Below, in pieces: positions 1 to 16,129 of a DNA stretch of 64,000 bases. Below the pieces are notes generated by a model. That model made no database searches and was not told the origin of the DNA. It worked only from the letters and a program-made list of their open reading frames with translations. The position numbers and the translations under genes are program-made. The stretch's first letter is position 1. Each line of letters begins with the position of its first letter. The stretch is from the human T2T-CHM13v2.0 reference genome, Homo sapiens. The stretch lies in assembly GCF_009914755.1 (NCBI RefSeq), contig NC_060936.1; one strand, 5' to 3'.

Positions 1-590
1 ACAGACTGATAAAGATCCCTGCATTGTGGAGTTTACCTGCTAATAGGAAGTAACAGGCAATGAACAATAAACATAATTAAAAAGTCAGATGTGTCAGAAT
101 AAAACAGTCCAAAAAAGTGAGAAGGTGGTAGTGCTATGAGAAAAAGAAAAAAGGAGAGCCAAGCTAGAGGCATTGGGAGTATTGACAGGTGACAGTACCA
201 TTTTATTTTATGTTATGTTATGTATGTATGTATGTATTGAGACAGAGTCTTGCTCTGTCACCCAGGCTGGAGTGCAAAGGCACAACCTCAGCTCATTGCA
301 ACCTCTGCCTCCGGGTTCAACTGATTCTCCTGCCTCAGCCTCTCATGTAGCTGGAATTTCAGGCACCCACCACCATGCCCGGCTAAATTTTTTTGCATTT
401 TTAGTAGAGACAGGGTTTCACAATGCTGGCCAGGCTGGTCTCGAACTCCTGACCTCAGGTGATCTGCCTGCCTCGGCCTCCCAAGGTGCTGGGATTACAG
501 GCATGAGCCACCATGCCCGGCTGACAGTACGGTTTTAAATAGCATGGTCAGGGCAGGCCTCACTGTGAAGGTGACAACAGAGCCTCAGCC
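1..590 (-). mobile_element. L2 LINE 3' fragment, interrupted by an Alu
   Basis: Resembles antisense L2 3' end ('gatccctgcattgtggagtttac', 'gtcagggcaggcctcactgtgaaggtgaca'). Confidence 0.7.
201..521 (-). mobile_element. AluS-type SINE
   Basis: Full antisense Alu; TSD tgacagtac at 190-198 and 522-530; tail decayed to (TATG)n. Confidence 0.95.
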
Positions 591-778
591 TAGAGAAGCT
601 GGAATTCAGTTTTCAACTACTTAAAATTGAGCGGGACTATGAAATGTATAGTGCATGAATACTGTAAACAGGGGTGTGGGTACCAATGGGGTGATAGAGC
701 CAAAGTCCAGCTGAGAAGAGTTCTGGAGAAAAAACACATCCTACTTTCTTCCTCCCTTCAACTTAGTCCCATATTTTA

Positions 779-3700
779 TTTTACTTATTTATTTTTATTT
801 GTATAAATTTATGGGGTACAAGTGCAATTTTGTTACATGCATAGATTGCATAGTGGTCAACTCAAGGCTTTTAGGGTATCCATTATCCAAATAATACGCA
901 TTGTGCCTGTTAAGTAATTTCTCATTATACATCCCCTCACCCTTCCAAGTCTCCATTGTCTTATCATTCTACTCTCTGCATCCATGTATACACATTTTTT
1001 TAACTCCTACCTATGAGTGAGAATGTGCAATATTTGTATTTCTGTGTCTCATTTGTTTCACTTACGATAATAACCTATAATTCCATCCATGTTGCTACAA
1101 AGGACATGATTTTGTTCTTTTTATGGCTGAATAGTATTCCTTTGTGTGTATATAGTGATGAATGATATATCCAATCATCTGTTGATGGACACTTAGGTTA
1201 ATTCCATATCTTTCCTATTGTGAATAGTGCTGCAATAAACATACACGTGCAGGTATATTTTTGATATATTGATTTATTTTCCTTTGGGTAGATACCTAGC
1301 AGTGGGATTGCTGGATCTGGTAGTTCTATTGTGGGTATGTGGTAGTTTCATTGCGGACATGATAGTTCTATTTTTAGTTATTTGATAAATCCTCATATTG
1401 TTTGCCATAGAGGTTTTACAAATTTACATTCCCACCAACAGTGTATATGAGTTCTCTTTTCTCCACATCCTTGCCAACTTCTGTTATTTTTTGACTTTTT
1501 AATAATAGCAATTCTGACTTGGGTAAGATGATATCTCATTGTGATTCCAATTTGCAATTCTCTGATGATTAGTGATGTTGAGCATTTTTTCATATACCTG
1601 TTGGTGATTTGCATGTCTTCTTTTGAAAAATGTCTATTCATGTCCTTTGCCCACTTTTTAATGGAATCATTTGTGGGGGTTTTGTTGTTGTTATTGAGTT
1701 GTTTGACTTATTTGTATATTCTAAATATTAGCCCTCTATCAGATGCACAGTTTGTAGATATTTTCTGTCATCTCACAGGTAGTCTGTTCACTCTGTTGAT
1801 TATTTCTTTTGCTTAATTTGTTCTTTCACTTTGACTTTAGACAGTCTGTTTTTAGTAATTCATGGCTAAGTCCTTTTTGCAATGCATTTTCCTATGGATT
1901 GCTAAACCTCTGTTCCTGGATGTCTAAATAACATGCTAGACTTTGGAAATTTTCATCTGCCATTTTGTTAAATAGCTTTTCTAAGTTTTTGTTTGTTTGT
2001 TTTTTAAATCCCTCTTCACCTTCGGGAATTCTGGTAATTCATAAAGTCAATTACTTTATGCAGTCCGAAATGTCTTAAAGGCTTTGTTCATTTTTTTTAT
2101 TTATTTTTGTCTGACTGGATTATTTCGAAAGAATTTTCTTCAAGTTCTGAGTTCTTTCTTCTGCTTGGTCTATTGTATTGTTGACACTTTCAGATGTATT
2201 TTGTATTTCTGTCAGTGAATTTTTCAGATTCAGAATTTCTGTTTTGTTTGTTTGCTTATTTGTTTGTTTAAGATACCTATCTCTTTGGTAATTCTCTCAT
2301 TCATATCCTGTATTGGTTTTCTGAGTTCTTTGTACTGGTTTTCAGATTTTTCTTGCATTTCATTGAGTGTCTTTAAAACCAATATTTCAAATTCTTTATC
2401 TGAGATTTTGAGGATTTCTTTTTGGTTTTGAGCTATTGTTGAAGAATTATTGTGTTCCTTTGAAAGCATCATATTACCTTGCTTTTTCATGTTTCTGTGC
2501 CTTTATATTGATCTCTGAGCATCTGGCGTAACAGTCGCTTCTTCTTATTTTTGGATTTAGTTTGTTGGGGAGGACTTTTTTCCTGAAGATATGACTATGA
2601 TGATGGTTGGGTAGGGACTTTTGGTTTTACTTCTGGGTGTATGCAGTGTTGAAGACTCTGTATGATTTATTTGGCTATAAATAATGTTAGTGGTATCTCT
2701 GGTTTCCCCTGTGTATTAGGGTGAAGCTATTGGTGGAGGCTGTGGTGAAGTTGTGTTGGGGACTGGAAGTGGTGCTGTCAGTGAGCCCTTCCTTAGGTTT
2801 CAGTGGTAATGGTGGTGGGTTAAGCATGTCTATCTTTGTGACCTGGCATATGCTGGCACCTGTGCTGGCGGTTTTAGGCAGGTCAGTTCTTGAGCCTCTG
2901 CATAGCTTTTTTGGATGTTGGTTGTACTAGTGGTATACTGGTTGAGTGAGCAGGTTCTTGAGCTCCTGGCAACCAGGGTGGCATGGGTGATGGCAGCAGC
3001 AGTGGTGGTGAGATACTCTTTTAGTCTCCAAGTGCTGTGTTCTTGTATTGGCAGGGGTTGCAATTAGCTGTATGGGCTGGCCTCCAGGTCAGTAGGTGGT
3101 GTTGGTAGGAAGGAGCCAGCCAAGAAGGTGGTGGTAGGGGGTTTATGCCTAACCTCTGTCACCCAGGAGGACAGAGGTCAGGCATAAATGTTTGGCTGAA
3201 GAGTGCTTGGCTGAGAAGTGACTGCTGCCACACTGAAGTCCTACCACAGGGAGTGTGGGGGTGGTCTCAGTGGCCACAGCTTCGGCTGACAGGTGGGGGA
3301 CTTATGTTCCTTTTATGCCTTAGTCCCAGAGGGAATACCTCCCCTATCCCAGCTGTTGCAGCTATTCAGTCAGACCAGGCAGTTCCTGCCTAGTCCACAT
3401 CTCAGCCCTGGGGTGTAAGTGGCCCTGCCCAGTGCAAGACCAAGCCTCCATGGCAACTCTCATCCTGCTCAGATCCTGGCATGGTGCCAAGTTCTAGTGT
3501 TGGTGGCTGGAGCTCATGCCACACTTACTTCCCAGTCCTCAAAGGGTCAAGGCACACACCTGTGGCCTGGATTGTATGATTCTCCAGTGGGAAAGTGGAC
3601 CACATAAAACACTCACCCTCTTTCATATTGGGGACTTACTTCTGGCTCCTGGTCAGTCCTGGCCACACAAGCTGACAGTTTCCTTCTCTTTTCTCAGTTT

Positions 3701-3835
3701 TAGAGTTTCCTTTCACTTTTCTGTTGAACTCTGGTGTTCCCTTTTGGATAATGTATTCAAAGTGTGTTTGTCTATACACTGTTTTGGTTCTAGGTGAATG
3801 AAGCATGCTCGAAATGCTTCTAAGCAGCCATCTTC
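779..3835 (-). mobile_element. L1MA-type LINE-1, both ends retained, large internal deletion
   Basis: 3'UTR and ORF2 C-terminus at 779-1812 (ORF 1393-1641 [11 protein letters not shown]...HCWWECK); ORF1 N-terminus (ORF 2230-2490 MKKQGNMM...KEFEILVLKTLNEMQE); 5'UTR ending at 'agccatctt' ~3834; TSD tagtcc(c/a)atatttta at 764-778 and 3836-3850. Confidence 0.88.
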
Positions 3836-4467
3836 TAGTCCAATATTTTAAAACAAGTATGCATGGAACAGAGAAGTGAAATCACAGAATTTTTTTTCTT
3901 AGAGATGAAGGGAGCAGAGACAGAGGTAAATAGTAGTGATGATTGTATATTGGGATAGCAAATTACTCAGGAATGGTATTCTAAAATCAGCTCAAGACAA
4001 AATGGAGGTGTTCAAAATTGCATTTGAAAACTACCCAGGAAGGCACCTGATGCAGATGAGCCAACCATCTCTTACGAAGCTCAACACTGCCAGGTTTTCT
4101 TTGGTTGAGCAGCAGATAAAATAATTTATTTGCACTGCAGGGGCCACAGTGAACTTTTAAATACGGCTACGTGCTCACAAGGGATCTGAGACAGACTTGG
4201 GTCATGGCAGATTTCTGTCTCTTGTCTCAGTCTGGGGAGGATAATCATTGATGGGGACAGCAGGCGAGTACTATTTTAACATCTCTCGGTTTCTCTAAAA
4301 AGCAGGCATAGTTTAATTTGCATGAATTATTTAAAATAATTATTTAATGCAATGAAACACTCTACCAAGCAGCCTCAGTTCTTGTGTTTATTAGCTGCTG
4401 TCAGTGAGCCTCCATCTCCCTATATCTGACTCATTGAGTGACCATCTGACCTTCATTTGCCTGTTTT

Positions 4468-4948
<481 letters not shown>

Positions 4949-5536
4949 TAAAAATAAGTCAAATTAGTTAAAGAAAAAACTTACACAGAATATCACAATT
5001 CACATCTATGCACTTACTACATATAGACAAGATCCAAATTAAGAGAGCTGCTACCGACAGTGTCAGAGTTTAGGGAAAGTTCACAATATCATAAAGCTTG
5101 AAGACTCCTAGTTCAGTTTTTAGACAGGATTTTTCTGATTACATATGCATAATCTCCTTGGGGATAAAGAATAAGAAGATTAAGTTGTCTTTGTCTAAGC
5201 AACACATTACCAGCTTAACCAAGATTAGCTGTGTTATAACAACTAAGATTATACATTCAAGATTCCAGTTTCATAATTCAGATGTCAAAAATTGAAGCAA
5301 ACTTCTCAAATTCCCCAAATTAACAAACAAACAAGCTTGAATCAATTAAACACAATTCTAAATATGTTTTTTTTCTTTCTTTGGTGGGTAGGGATATAAA
5401 AGGTATAGGAAAAGTGACAGAAATTTAGTTTGTCTGCCAGTAGAGTTCCTGATGTAGACATTTTAAAAATATTCAAAGGCAATTATGTCCCTCAAATTTT
5501 CGTTTTGGCCTCAATGAGAATATCACGAACCACTTA

Positions 5537-5940
<404 letters not shown>

Positions 5941-7362
5941 GAGTACTACTTTTTCCTGGCTGACTGCCAAGTCTCCAACTCTTCAGTAACTTTTTCTTAA
6001 ATGGGATAACCCTTACTAATAACTAATTTTACTTGTACTTAGGATAAAATAGTTTAATGGATTTACTATCAAGGATTAGTTGTTTAAATAATTTAAAGAC
6101 TACTTGAAATTACTTTATTTAAATAAATAATTTAAGGACTACTTTTAAAAATAAAAGCTTAGAAACGAACTAGCTTTCTAAACTCTTTGATACAACCTGA
6201 AAAGATTCCAAACCCACTTATAACTCTAATGTGGCTAAAGGGAGTTGAGGGTAGGGATGATGGGGTACAGAGAAATTCATTAGAACACTGTTCAAAGTGA
6301 CCAAAGGGAGCCGATGTAAAGCAATGTATAACAGTACTCTAGAGTGAGACTAGGGTCAAGTAGGCCACTGCAAATCCTAATATTCCACTAACGTGTCTAG
6401 AGGATTAGCAGGGCAGTCCTGCCTGCTAAGGAGTTATTTGCAAGAAGAATCATGGAACTTTATGGGAGGGAATTGACCTAAAGAAGGTTGAAGTGTGTAA
6501 GCTTGGTCCAAGGACAATGGGTCATTGTCAGAGGGGAGGGGTAATTCTGAGATTAACAAGGTTTATATGCTCAGATTTCTCTATGGCCCTGGTTTTATCC
6601 AGGGAGGAACATGTTCGATAAGAAGCTGATCGTCAGCATTGTAAGACACAGGTAAGGCAGGGTGGCTCCGTAGCCTGTAATGGAACATAACCCAGGTGTT
6701 GGGTGGGGTAAATTCCTCCGTTCAGCTTGAAGGCAGTCAGCACATGTTGCAGCAGTTACACACTGGAAATGCCATTGAGATCAGCCACCTGGGATCCCCT
6801 TGGCAAGTGTGATATGTGTGACAGAGGTAAGACTGTGGCCACCTGGTTGCTGGATATCTGCACAACCACCTGATATCTGAGCAAGTACGGTGGGAGGAGG
6901 GGAGGGGAAGGACTCCCATGTCACTGCCAGGAGGATTAACTCTGGGAGCCTTCTGAGGATTTCCTCAGTGACTCCAAAAGTCCTGGTAGGGGGCTGGAGC
7001 TTCCTAAGAGGAGCCAGATCAGGCATTCTTGTGAAAAAACTCTTGGTCTATTGCCTGCCTAGGCTCCCCAAGGCTTATGTGGCCCTGGGAAATACAGGTT
7101 AGGTTTCCAAGTGACTTTTATTTAAAAAGCCCAGCTCCTCTCACTGCTTCCTCTCCTCCATCCCCCACCCACCCTCAACACACACGTGTTACTTCAAAAG
7201 CAATAATATTTAATGTTCACCTGCAGGATTCAGTATGGGTACCAACAGCACTGAAAGAATGGTTCTTATTATAGAACTGTTTAATCTAGTTAGGGAGACA
7301 GCATATGTTTAAAAATGTAAAGCAGAATGAAACATGAAATACATATTAAAATAAAGCATTCT

Positions 7363-7974
<612 letters not shown>

Positions 7975-8429
7975 CTATATAGCCAATGTGTTACAATGAA
8001 CAACATAGTGGATTCATTCAGGAAAGGTTCTTGATGAAAACATTGAGAGGAATGTTTTACTGTTTCCGCTTGTGAAGAAGAAATCCCAGTCCCCTCTGGG
8101 AAACATTACTTCAGGCAGCAAGTCAGATACACTTATAGATGTGTGCACAGACGTTCACACACACAATAAAAGAGAAAGTTATCTGAAGCGAAGCAAGGTC
8201 GTTGAACAGCACTTTCAACAATTCCCCAGGGCACAATTCACAGTTCTGTTGCCCTCCTCGCAAGATGACAAAGTAAGTAATAGCCATGAAAACCTTAAGT
8301 GCCCATATTTGAATCTCCTGGGCACTGTGAAGAGGGAAGCAGACCCAAGATACATTCAAAATTCATTCCATAAGAGCTGAGCACCTACAAAGTGGGAACT
8401 GGAAGCAACCTGGTTGTGTAAGTAAGGCA

Positions 8430-8620
8430 TTCAGGTTGAAAACCAAATCTTCCCCTGTGTGGTCATGAAGAAGGCTCTTACGTTTTCTCTGATCATGGGT
8501 TCTGTCCTCATCTGTAAAATGGGGATAATAACACTCACCTAAAGAATTGTGAGGATGCAGTGTATGTACACATACATGTAGAAGGCATCTGGCATATGGA
8601 AAGCACTCAATACATTAGGC
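8430..8620 (+). mobile_element. MIR SINE
   Basis: Core 'cctcatctgtaaaatggggataataaca' and 3' 'aagcactcaatacatt'. Confidence 0.75.
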
Positions 8621-8790
8621 TTGCAGTTCTGCACATGGAAATGGGTGTCTCTGTAACCACAAAACTGGGAAAGACAGTAGTGTGTGGTTACAGGAAACAT
8701 ACAAATTCAGTAAAAACCAAAAGTTCCTGGCTGGACCCAGAAGAATCATTCTGGAATCCAGGTTCCCACCCGTTTTCCAATGCTGGACTC

Positions 8791-8791
<1 letters not shown>

Positions 8792-8837
<46 letters not shown>
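8792..8837. repeat. (TG)n microsatellite
   Basis: About 22 perfect TG units. Confidence 0.98.
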
Positions 8838-8839
<2 letters not shown>

Positions 8840-9299
8840 AAATCAAGGGATAGATCATTGCAGTCAAGAGTTGATGTCAAGGTCAGTTTTGCTGAATTAA
8901 GTGCCTAGAAGCCAGGTATCTGAGGAACCTCTACTTCCAGAATTGTCCCTTCTTGGGTACTGTCAACATTGCTGCTGCTCTGGGGCTGGGGGCTGCTATC
9001 ACTCCTTCTCTGTCTTTGATGCTTCTCCCAGTCAGGGTTACTATTGAGTGCTGGCCACTACTGCTGCCAGTCTGGGCCTGGGGACTGATGCCAGGCAGGG
9101 TTAGGAAGAAAGAAGGAGGTGTTTCCATCCTATGTTGGGCTCGCCTCTCTTGGTGCTGGGCTGGGGTCTGGCACTGGGACACCTTCTCTTGTCTCTGGTG
9201 CTTCTTGGTAGCCCCAGTCCTTACATTTCCTTGAAAGGAAAAATGTGTGTTTCCAACTGACATAGAGAAAATCCTGGAATGTCTGTGTGGCTTAATCTA

Positions 9300-9650
9300 C
9301 CATTTAATTCTCTAATGTACCATTTAATCATGCTTTGAAAATTATATCATTTAATCCAAACGGCAACATTGGAATGTGGACATTATTTTCCCCATTGCAT
9401 ATATGACAAAACTTAAGATCAAACAGGTAAAACTCTTTCATAGCTAGTTGAGGGCAGAGTCAGGATACAAACCCAAGATTTTCTGACACCAAAACCCCTC
9501 TGCTTTCCATACCTCTATAATTACAGATGAAGCTCTTGAGGGGAAAGACCTAATCTTATGAATTTTTGTATCCCCAATATCTTAATAGTTGCTAACACAT
9601 ACAAAGTGCCCAATTATAATTGATGAATAAATGGATGCATGAATGAATAC
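9300..9650. mobile_element. Antisense MIR followed by L2 3' end
   Basis: 'cattattttccccattgcatatatgacaaaact' and 'ggcagagtcaggatacaaacccaag' (MIR); 'gaataaatggatgcatgaatgaat' (L2 tail). Confidence 0.65.
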
Positions 9651-10621
9651 TGAGTGCAAGCACAAGGCATTAATGAATCTACTCAATGATAATAGGGCTG
9701 TCCCCTTTTGACAAACAAAGTTCAGATGCAGATAGCATGTTGTTTATGAATGATGGAGGCTCCGATTAATTTTGCAATGCGTGGCAGAAGGTGATGGACA
9801 GGTGAATCCTGGGTGTGATGACACATCCAATCTAGGACACAATATGCATCAAAGACCTGACCAAAAACAGATATGTCTTTGCATGAGTCTGCTTGGACAT
9901 GAGCCTATGATGAGAACAAACAGGAATATCAGTGGCAGGCCAGCCTGACAAGTGGCTTCTGCAGTTACACGCACATGGATATTAAACAGTGCAAGTAAGC
10001 TGAAACAGGCAAAGGGAACACGTTAAATATTAGAGAGGAAATGAAATATCCCAGAGGAAGGGAAACGTAAGCAGAAAAAAAAAAGCTCATTTTATACGAA
10101 GGAAGAAAAGTTAATAGATTGTTGTACAGATCAGGAAATGAAAAGAAATTCTTTTCAGAAGCTTCTGTTCCTCTGTCCACAATACTAAGAAAGGATAAGC
10201 TCTCCTGAGCATTGTGGACCCTGCTTTCTCTCTGCACCCCCTCACCCTGTAAATTTCTTTTTTGTAAAAGACACTCTAACAACAGCTTTAGAAAGCACAA
10301 GTGTTTCTCCACCAACAGAAGACCCGCCATAAGAGTTGGATTACAGGCACAAAAGAGCTCAGGAAAAGAACCCAGAAATCTAAGTAACATGATAAAAAAG
10401 AAAGCACCATATTATCTGTGGTAATTGACAGTTGTGAGTCATAAAATTTCACCCTATTTTGTAACATTGCAACTCATTTACAAATTCATTCACTCACCAG
10501 TATTTAGTAACTCTTACCAACAGACATAAAACCGGGAGCTGGGGACTATGTCGCACTGTTCGGCCTTCAATGAGTTCACATTCATTGGGGGATGAAAGGG
10601 ATATGATTATATATCTTATTA

Positions 10622-11128
<507 letters not shown>

Positions 11129-12436
11129 CTATAAATAGCATAAGGGGCAAATCCAGACAATGTAGGGCCTGGAGATTCTGTTTTTGGGGGGACTTCATTA
11201 ATAAAAACAATAAAAAATATAAATATAACATTAAATATTAAAGTGAAGGTTTATTTAGAATAAGAAAGTAGAACACAACAATTTACAAATGTAAAAGCTG
11301 ACAAATATCAGAAACTTCACAAAATCCAGAAAAATGAAATAATATTGAATTAATTATCTACCTAACAAAACTCTATAATACTTTCTTTCCAACAGTTTTG
11401 GGGGGCTTTTACTCTTTGCTAGCCTCTTTATATGACAACAGTTTTACCCTATAATATGTATTTAAAAAGAAAGATAACATTGCTTTCTCTATTATTATTG
11501 GCAAATATTGATTTTTATTATTACCTGTTTGGAAAAATGTATATCAATTTCCAACTCTTTGTTAGCAATGCCATGTAAATTTTTAGGAGTGTTATTAATT
11601 TGGGGAAACATCTATCAGGTGTCTTTTATACATGAGCTATGAGATTTCAGGCCATTACAAGGTTTTTTTTTGGCAGTGATTAATTTCAATTCTCTTTGAA
11701 TTAATGACATCATTAGCCTGTTGTCATTAATGTTTTCATTTTGGCGGCATATCATGTATTTTATTGTATCTACCTTAATGTCAGTTATTTTGTGTCAAAT
11801 CAGCAAGAAATTTAATATTTTTTCATTATATTCACATGCTTTACTCTTCTTCATTAATTGGGTTATCAAACAATATCCACAAGCCTTTTTATTAGTTTTA
11901 TTCAAAATTTATCTCTTCTGAATGAGTGGCTTTTCAGTGTCAGAATAATTTCTATAGATTTTATCACTTTTTAAATCAATTTCCTATTTCATTATCTGAA
12001 TTTTTTAATATTTCTTTAATAAATAGACTTATACATGCTAAAAGGAGATATCTTTCATACACATCCAAATCAGGAATCTATAAATTATCATTTGTTCTAT
12101 TGAAATGTTCATAAGTGACTGAGAAATTATGGTTAAATATGATTTTTGAGTTTCATTAACTGTTCAATAAACTTTTTGCATCATCTTTGTATCTTTGTTG
12201 CAGACCTTGAATAGCTTTATATATGGGCAAATCAGAATATTACACCTAGAAAAAAAAATCCTGGTTGGTATATGTGTTTAAATAATCCACTTGGGAGATG
12301 AGCCAGAAAACATACATCTCTCACAAAATATCAAAGTAATCCACAACCTCAGGAACCATGGGGCAGGATTAATCTCCAGCAAGATTAAGGAATGGGATGT
12401 ACATGGCTCATAGTCTGCGAACTTATTAATGATCTT

Positions 12437-12753
12437 TTTTTTAAATTTTTTTTTATGTTTTCTTTTTTTATTATACTTTAAGTTTTAGGGTACATGTGCA
12501 CATTGTGCAGGTTAGTTACATATGTATACATGGCCATGCTGGTGCACTGCACCCACTAACTTGTCATCTAGCATTAGGTATATCTCCCGATGCTATCCCT
12601 CCCCTCTTCCCCCACCCCACAACAGTCCCCAGAGTGTGATATTCCCTTCCTGTGTCCATGTGATCTCATTGTTCAATTCCCGCCTATGAGTGAGAATATG
12701 CGGTGTTTGGTTTTTTGTTCTTGCGATAGTTTACTGAGAATGATGATTTCCAA
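12437..12753 (-). mobile_element. 5'-truncated young L1 (L1PA2/PA3-like) 3' end
   Basis: Antisense L1PA 3'UTR 'ttattatactttaagttttagggtacatgtgcacattgtgcagg'; candidate TSD gatctt at 12431-12436 and 12754-12759. Confidence 0.92.
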
Positions 12754-13209
12754 GATCTTGGTCCTCACTTTTCTAAGAGTTGTGTTGTCACAACCTTCCA
12801 TTGAAAATGTTGCATTGTGCAGATTACAGTTGAACAGATTTGTTTCATGTCGTTAAAGTCACACATGAAGGCTTTTCATTCAGCAAAATAGTTAAATATG
12901 AATATGATATGTATTCCATACAAATGTATTCCACTATATCCAAACTATAACTCCAACCCAACTTTTTGTCTGCATCGCCAAAATGGTTATGGTCACCCCA
13001 ATGCCGCCCAACACAAGGGCTCATGTGACAGAGGGGAGGCAGAAGTGGGAAGAAACAGTATCCTTAATAATCTCATAGTTAAAAATATCTTGCTTTTCCA
13101 AATTTATGACAACACCAATACCCTTATTTATAAAAGCATAAAAATCCCTCCCTTCCTTCCTTCCTTCCCTAATTCTCTCCCTCCCTCTCCTGTTTCCTAT
13201 ATAATTTAG

Positions 13210-15030
13210 TCCAGAAACCATTAGTCAGGACCAAGCAAGGCATGTGTTTCTTAGGGGGTAGTGGTGGCAGCAGATGCCCAGCATGGAGTAACAAAGTCCA
13301 AATGGGGAGAAAGAAGAGGGCATCTGTTGTGGGGGCAGGGGGAGGAGAAATGGATAAATGTGGGATGTTGAACTCAAGAAGGATGAAAAGTTTATCCATG
13401 AGGCCCAATGCACAGTGTTGGAGTCAAGAGTGGTAAAGAGGAAGTCTGCTCGGGGTAGGATGGGATGGGGTGGTGGTAGTTGTTGCTGAGAGTAGTGTGT
13501 CAGAGCCCAAATAAGGTGAGAAGAAATCCAGTGCATGGGTGAGGGGGTGTCTGGGCATGGGCCGAGGTAGGCATCTAGGTAGCTGGGGTGAAGGTGGGGG
13601 AGAAGTTTGACAACATAAAGGGAGAATTGATCTAACAGGTAAATAAATTGAGGTTTTGGTAGGCAAGTTTCTTGCTGTCAGAGAATGGAGTTATAATATG
13701 CTAAGGAGACAACTAAAATGAACCTTGAAGTATTGAATTGGAATTGGAGGTATCAGTGTGAATTCCTATGTAGAAAGGTATGAACACAAATACAGATGTA
13801 CATATGTATAGATGCATATATTCCCTAGTTTCTCCACTGAGAGGGCCTGAGAATAGGAACAAGAGGGCCAGAGGAATGAGCACACTTCATGCCCAGCTCT
13901 TGGTTTCTCAATGCCATTTCAGATTTGAAGCAGGGAAAACAAACCTGGACATTGTGTTATTTTGGAAAGCAAAATGTGATCAAAGATGGGGACATGACAA
14001 AATTCAGAGAAGCCAGCTTGAAGGGGTTCATGCTGGCCAAATCTGGGACAATTTGAGATCAAAATAAAAAATGATAATAACACATTATCACTCATTGAAT
14101 AAAATAAGAATCATGAATCCACACTGATATGTTAATAAATGCATACATAAATTCAAAGAAGGAAAATCTTTTACTTACAATAGAATACAAAATAATAAAT
14201 GTAGATGGAATGAGGGAATTAGCAAATCATTTTTTGGCAACCATTACAGTAATAATTCAAGTCATTAGTGAATGCTAAAACTAGTGGGTAAACGTTTGAT
14301 AGGGATTGGAATATTCAGTTAATCTCAAAATACCTCCTCACAGTTCAAGACCAGCCTGGGCAACATAGTGAGACCCTCATCTCTAAAAAGGAAAAATTAG
14401 CTGGGCATGGTGACATGCACCTGTAGTCCTAGCTACTCAGAAGTTCAAGGTTACAATGAGCTGAGATGGCGCCACTGCATTCCAGCCTGGGTAACAGGGT
14501 GAGACCCAGTCTCAAAACAAACAAACAAACAAACCCAAAATATTTAAACAACAACAAAAGAACCTCCTCACAAAGTACTTAAATTACAAAGGGAGAAAGA
14601 GTAACTTTAAACTACAGACACCTGACAAACACCACCTCAATCACAATCAAAGTTAATATAACATTAACAGGACAAATGAAAATTATGTACCACCTGAGAA
14701 AATGCAATGAGACCACAGCATTACTTCTGTGATCCTGCTAAAAATGCATAAGCTGAATTGAATCCTGAGGAAACAGCAGATGAACCCAAATTGAGGGACA
14801 ATTTTAAAAATAACCAGCCTGTAATTTTCAAAAACATTGAGGTCATAAAAGTCAAGGGGAGACTAAAACACTGTTCCAGATTGAAGGAATGTAAACAGAC
14901 CAAAAAGTAAATGCAGCACATGACCCTAAATGGAATCACCTTGCTATAAGCACATTATTGGGATAATTGTCAAAATTGTTTGGTTCTCTGGATTACATAG
15001 TAATAATGCATCTATTTTTATAATTTTCTG
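13210..15030 (+). mobile_element. Old L1 (L1MC/MD-like) 3' region containing an Alu fragment (14343-14535)
   Basis: 'aatgagcacacttcatgcccagctcttggtttctcaatgccattt', 'agccagcttgaagggg', 'aaacagcagatgaacccaaattgagggaca'. Confidence 0.7.
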
Positions 15031-15184
15031 TCACTTTAAAATTATTTTTTCTAAAAAAATTATCTATACAGCCACATCAAAGTATAGCTACAGCCCCTCC
15101 ATTAACCTCAGAGAGGACCTGTCCTGATAGGGGTCCTTATCCTTAAGCTTGATTAGATTCATGATAAATCTGTTTCTGCCTGTA

Positions 15185-15860
<676 letters not shown>

Positions 15861-16129
15861 AGTTCAGTCCAGGAATTTAATGTGTATACCTTCAGTTAGC
15901 CATCATAGGTCCAAACTCTTTGCCAGATCATGAAAATAAATGACAAGAGAGGCCTTGAAGGCATAAACCATACACAATGCAAAATAGACACAACTTAGGA
16001 AAGCACATTGAAATCTCATTGACTGAAAGCACTTGGCAGCATTTGCAGCAAAGGAAAATGATATATTAACAGCATACTGTAATATATAATAAAAACAAAA
16101 ATCACTAAACAAATCATTGTTACATGGGT

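Larger units (their letters stand above)
11142..15178. mobile_element. hAT-Tip100-type DNA transposon (Zaphod/MER115-like) hosting nested L1/Alu insertions
   Basis: Left end 'ggggcaaatccag...gggcctgga' with 'aagctgacaaatatcagaaacttcacaaaatccag'; right end 'ttaagcttgattagattcatgataaatctgtttctg'; family name from recalled consensus. Confidence 0.55.

Noticed and set aside
173-538. Alu-derived ORFs here and elsewhere (e.g. 10619-11017, 28808-29221, 35499-35867, 48304-48606)
   Set aside because: Standard Alu translation signatures ([23 protein letters not shown]); not genes.
1318-1376. Degenerate ~21-bp triplication in the L1 (similar 20-bp duplication at 6086-6144)
   Set aside because: Ordinary slippage products.
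3890-3931. Apparent 23-nt micro-exon (tttttcttag|...gag|gtaaat)
   Set aside because: Context resembles an antisense L3/MIR3 tail; no partner exons found.
8931-9263. Overlapping ORFs in a GC-richer block
   Set aside because: No recognisable protein; the block ends in 'ccttaca' and may be an old LTR, but I cannot assign it.
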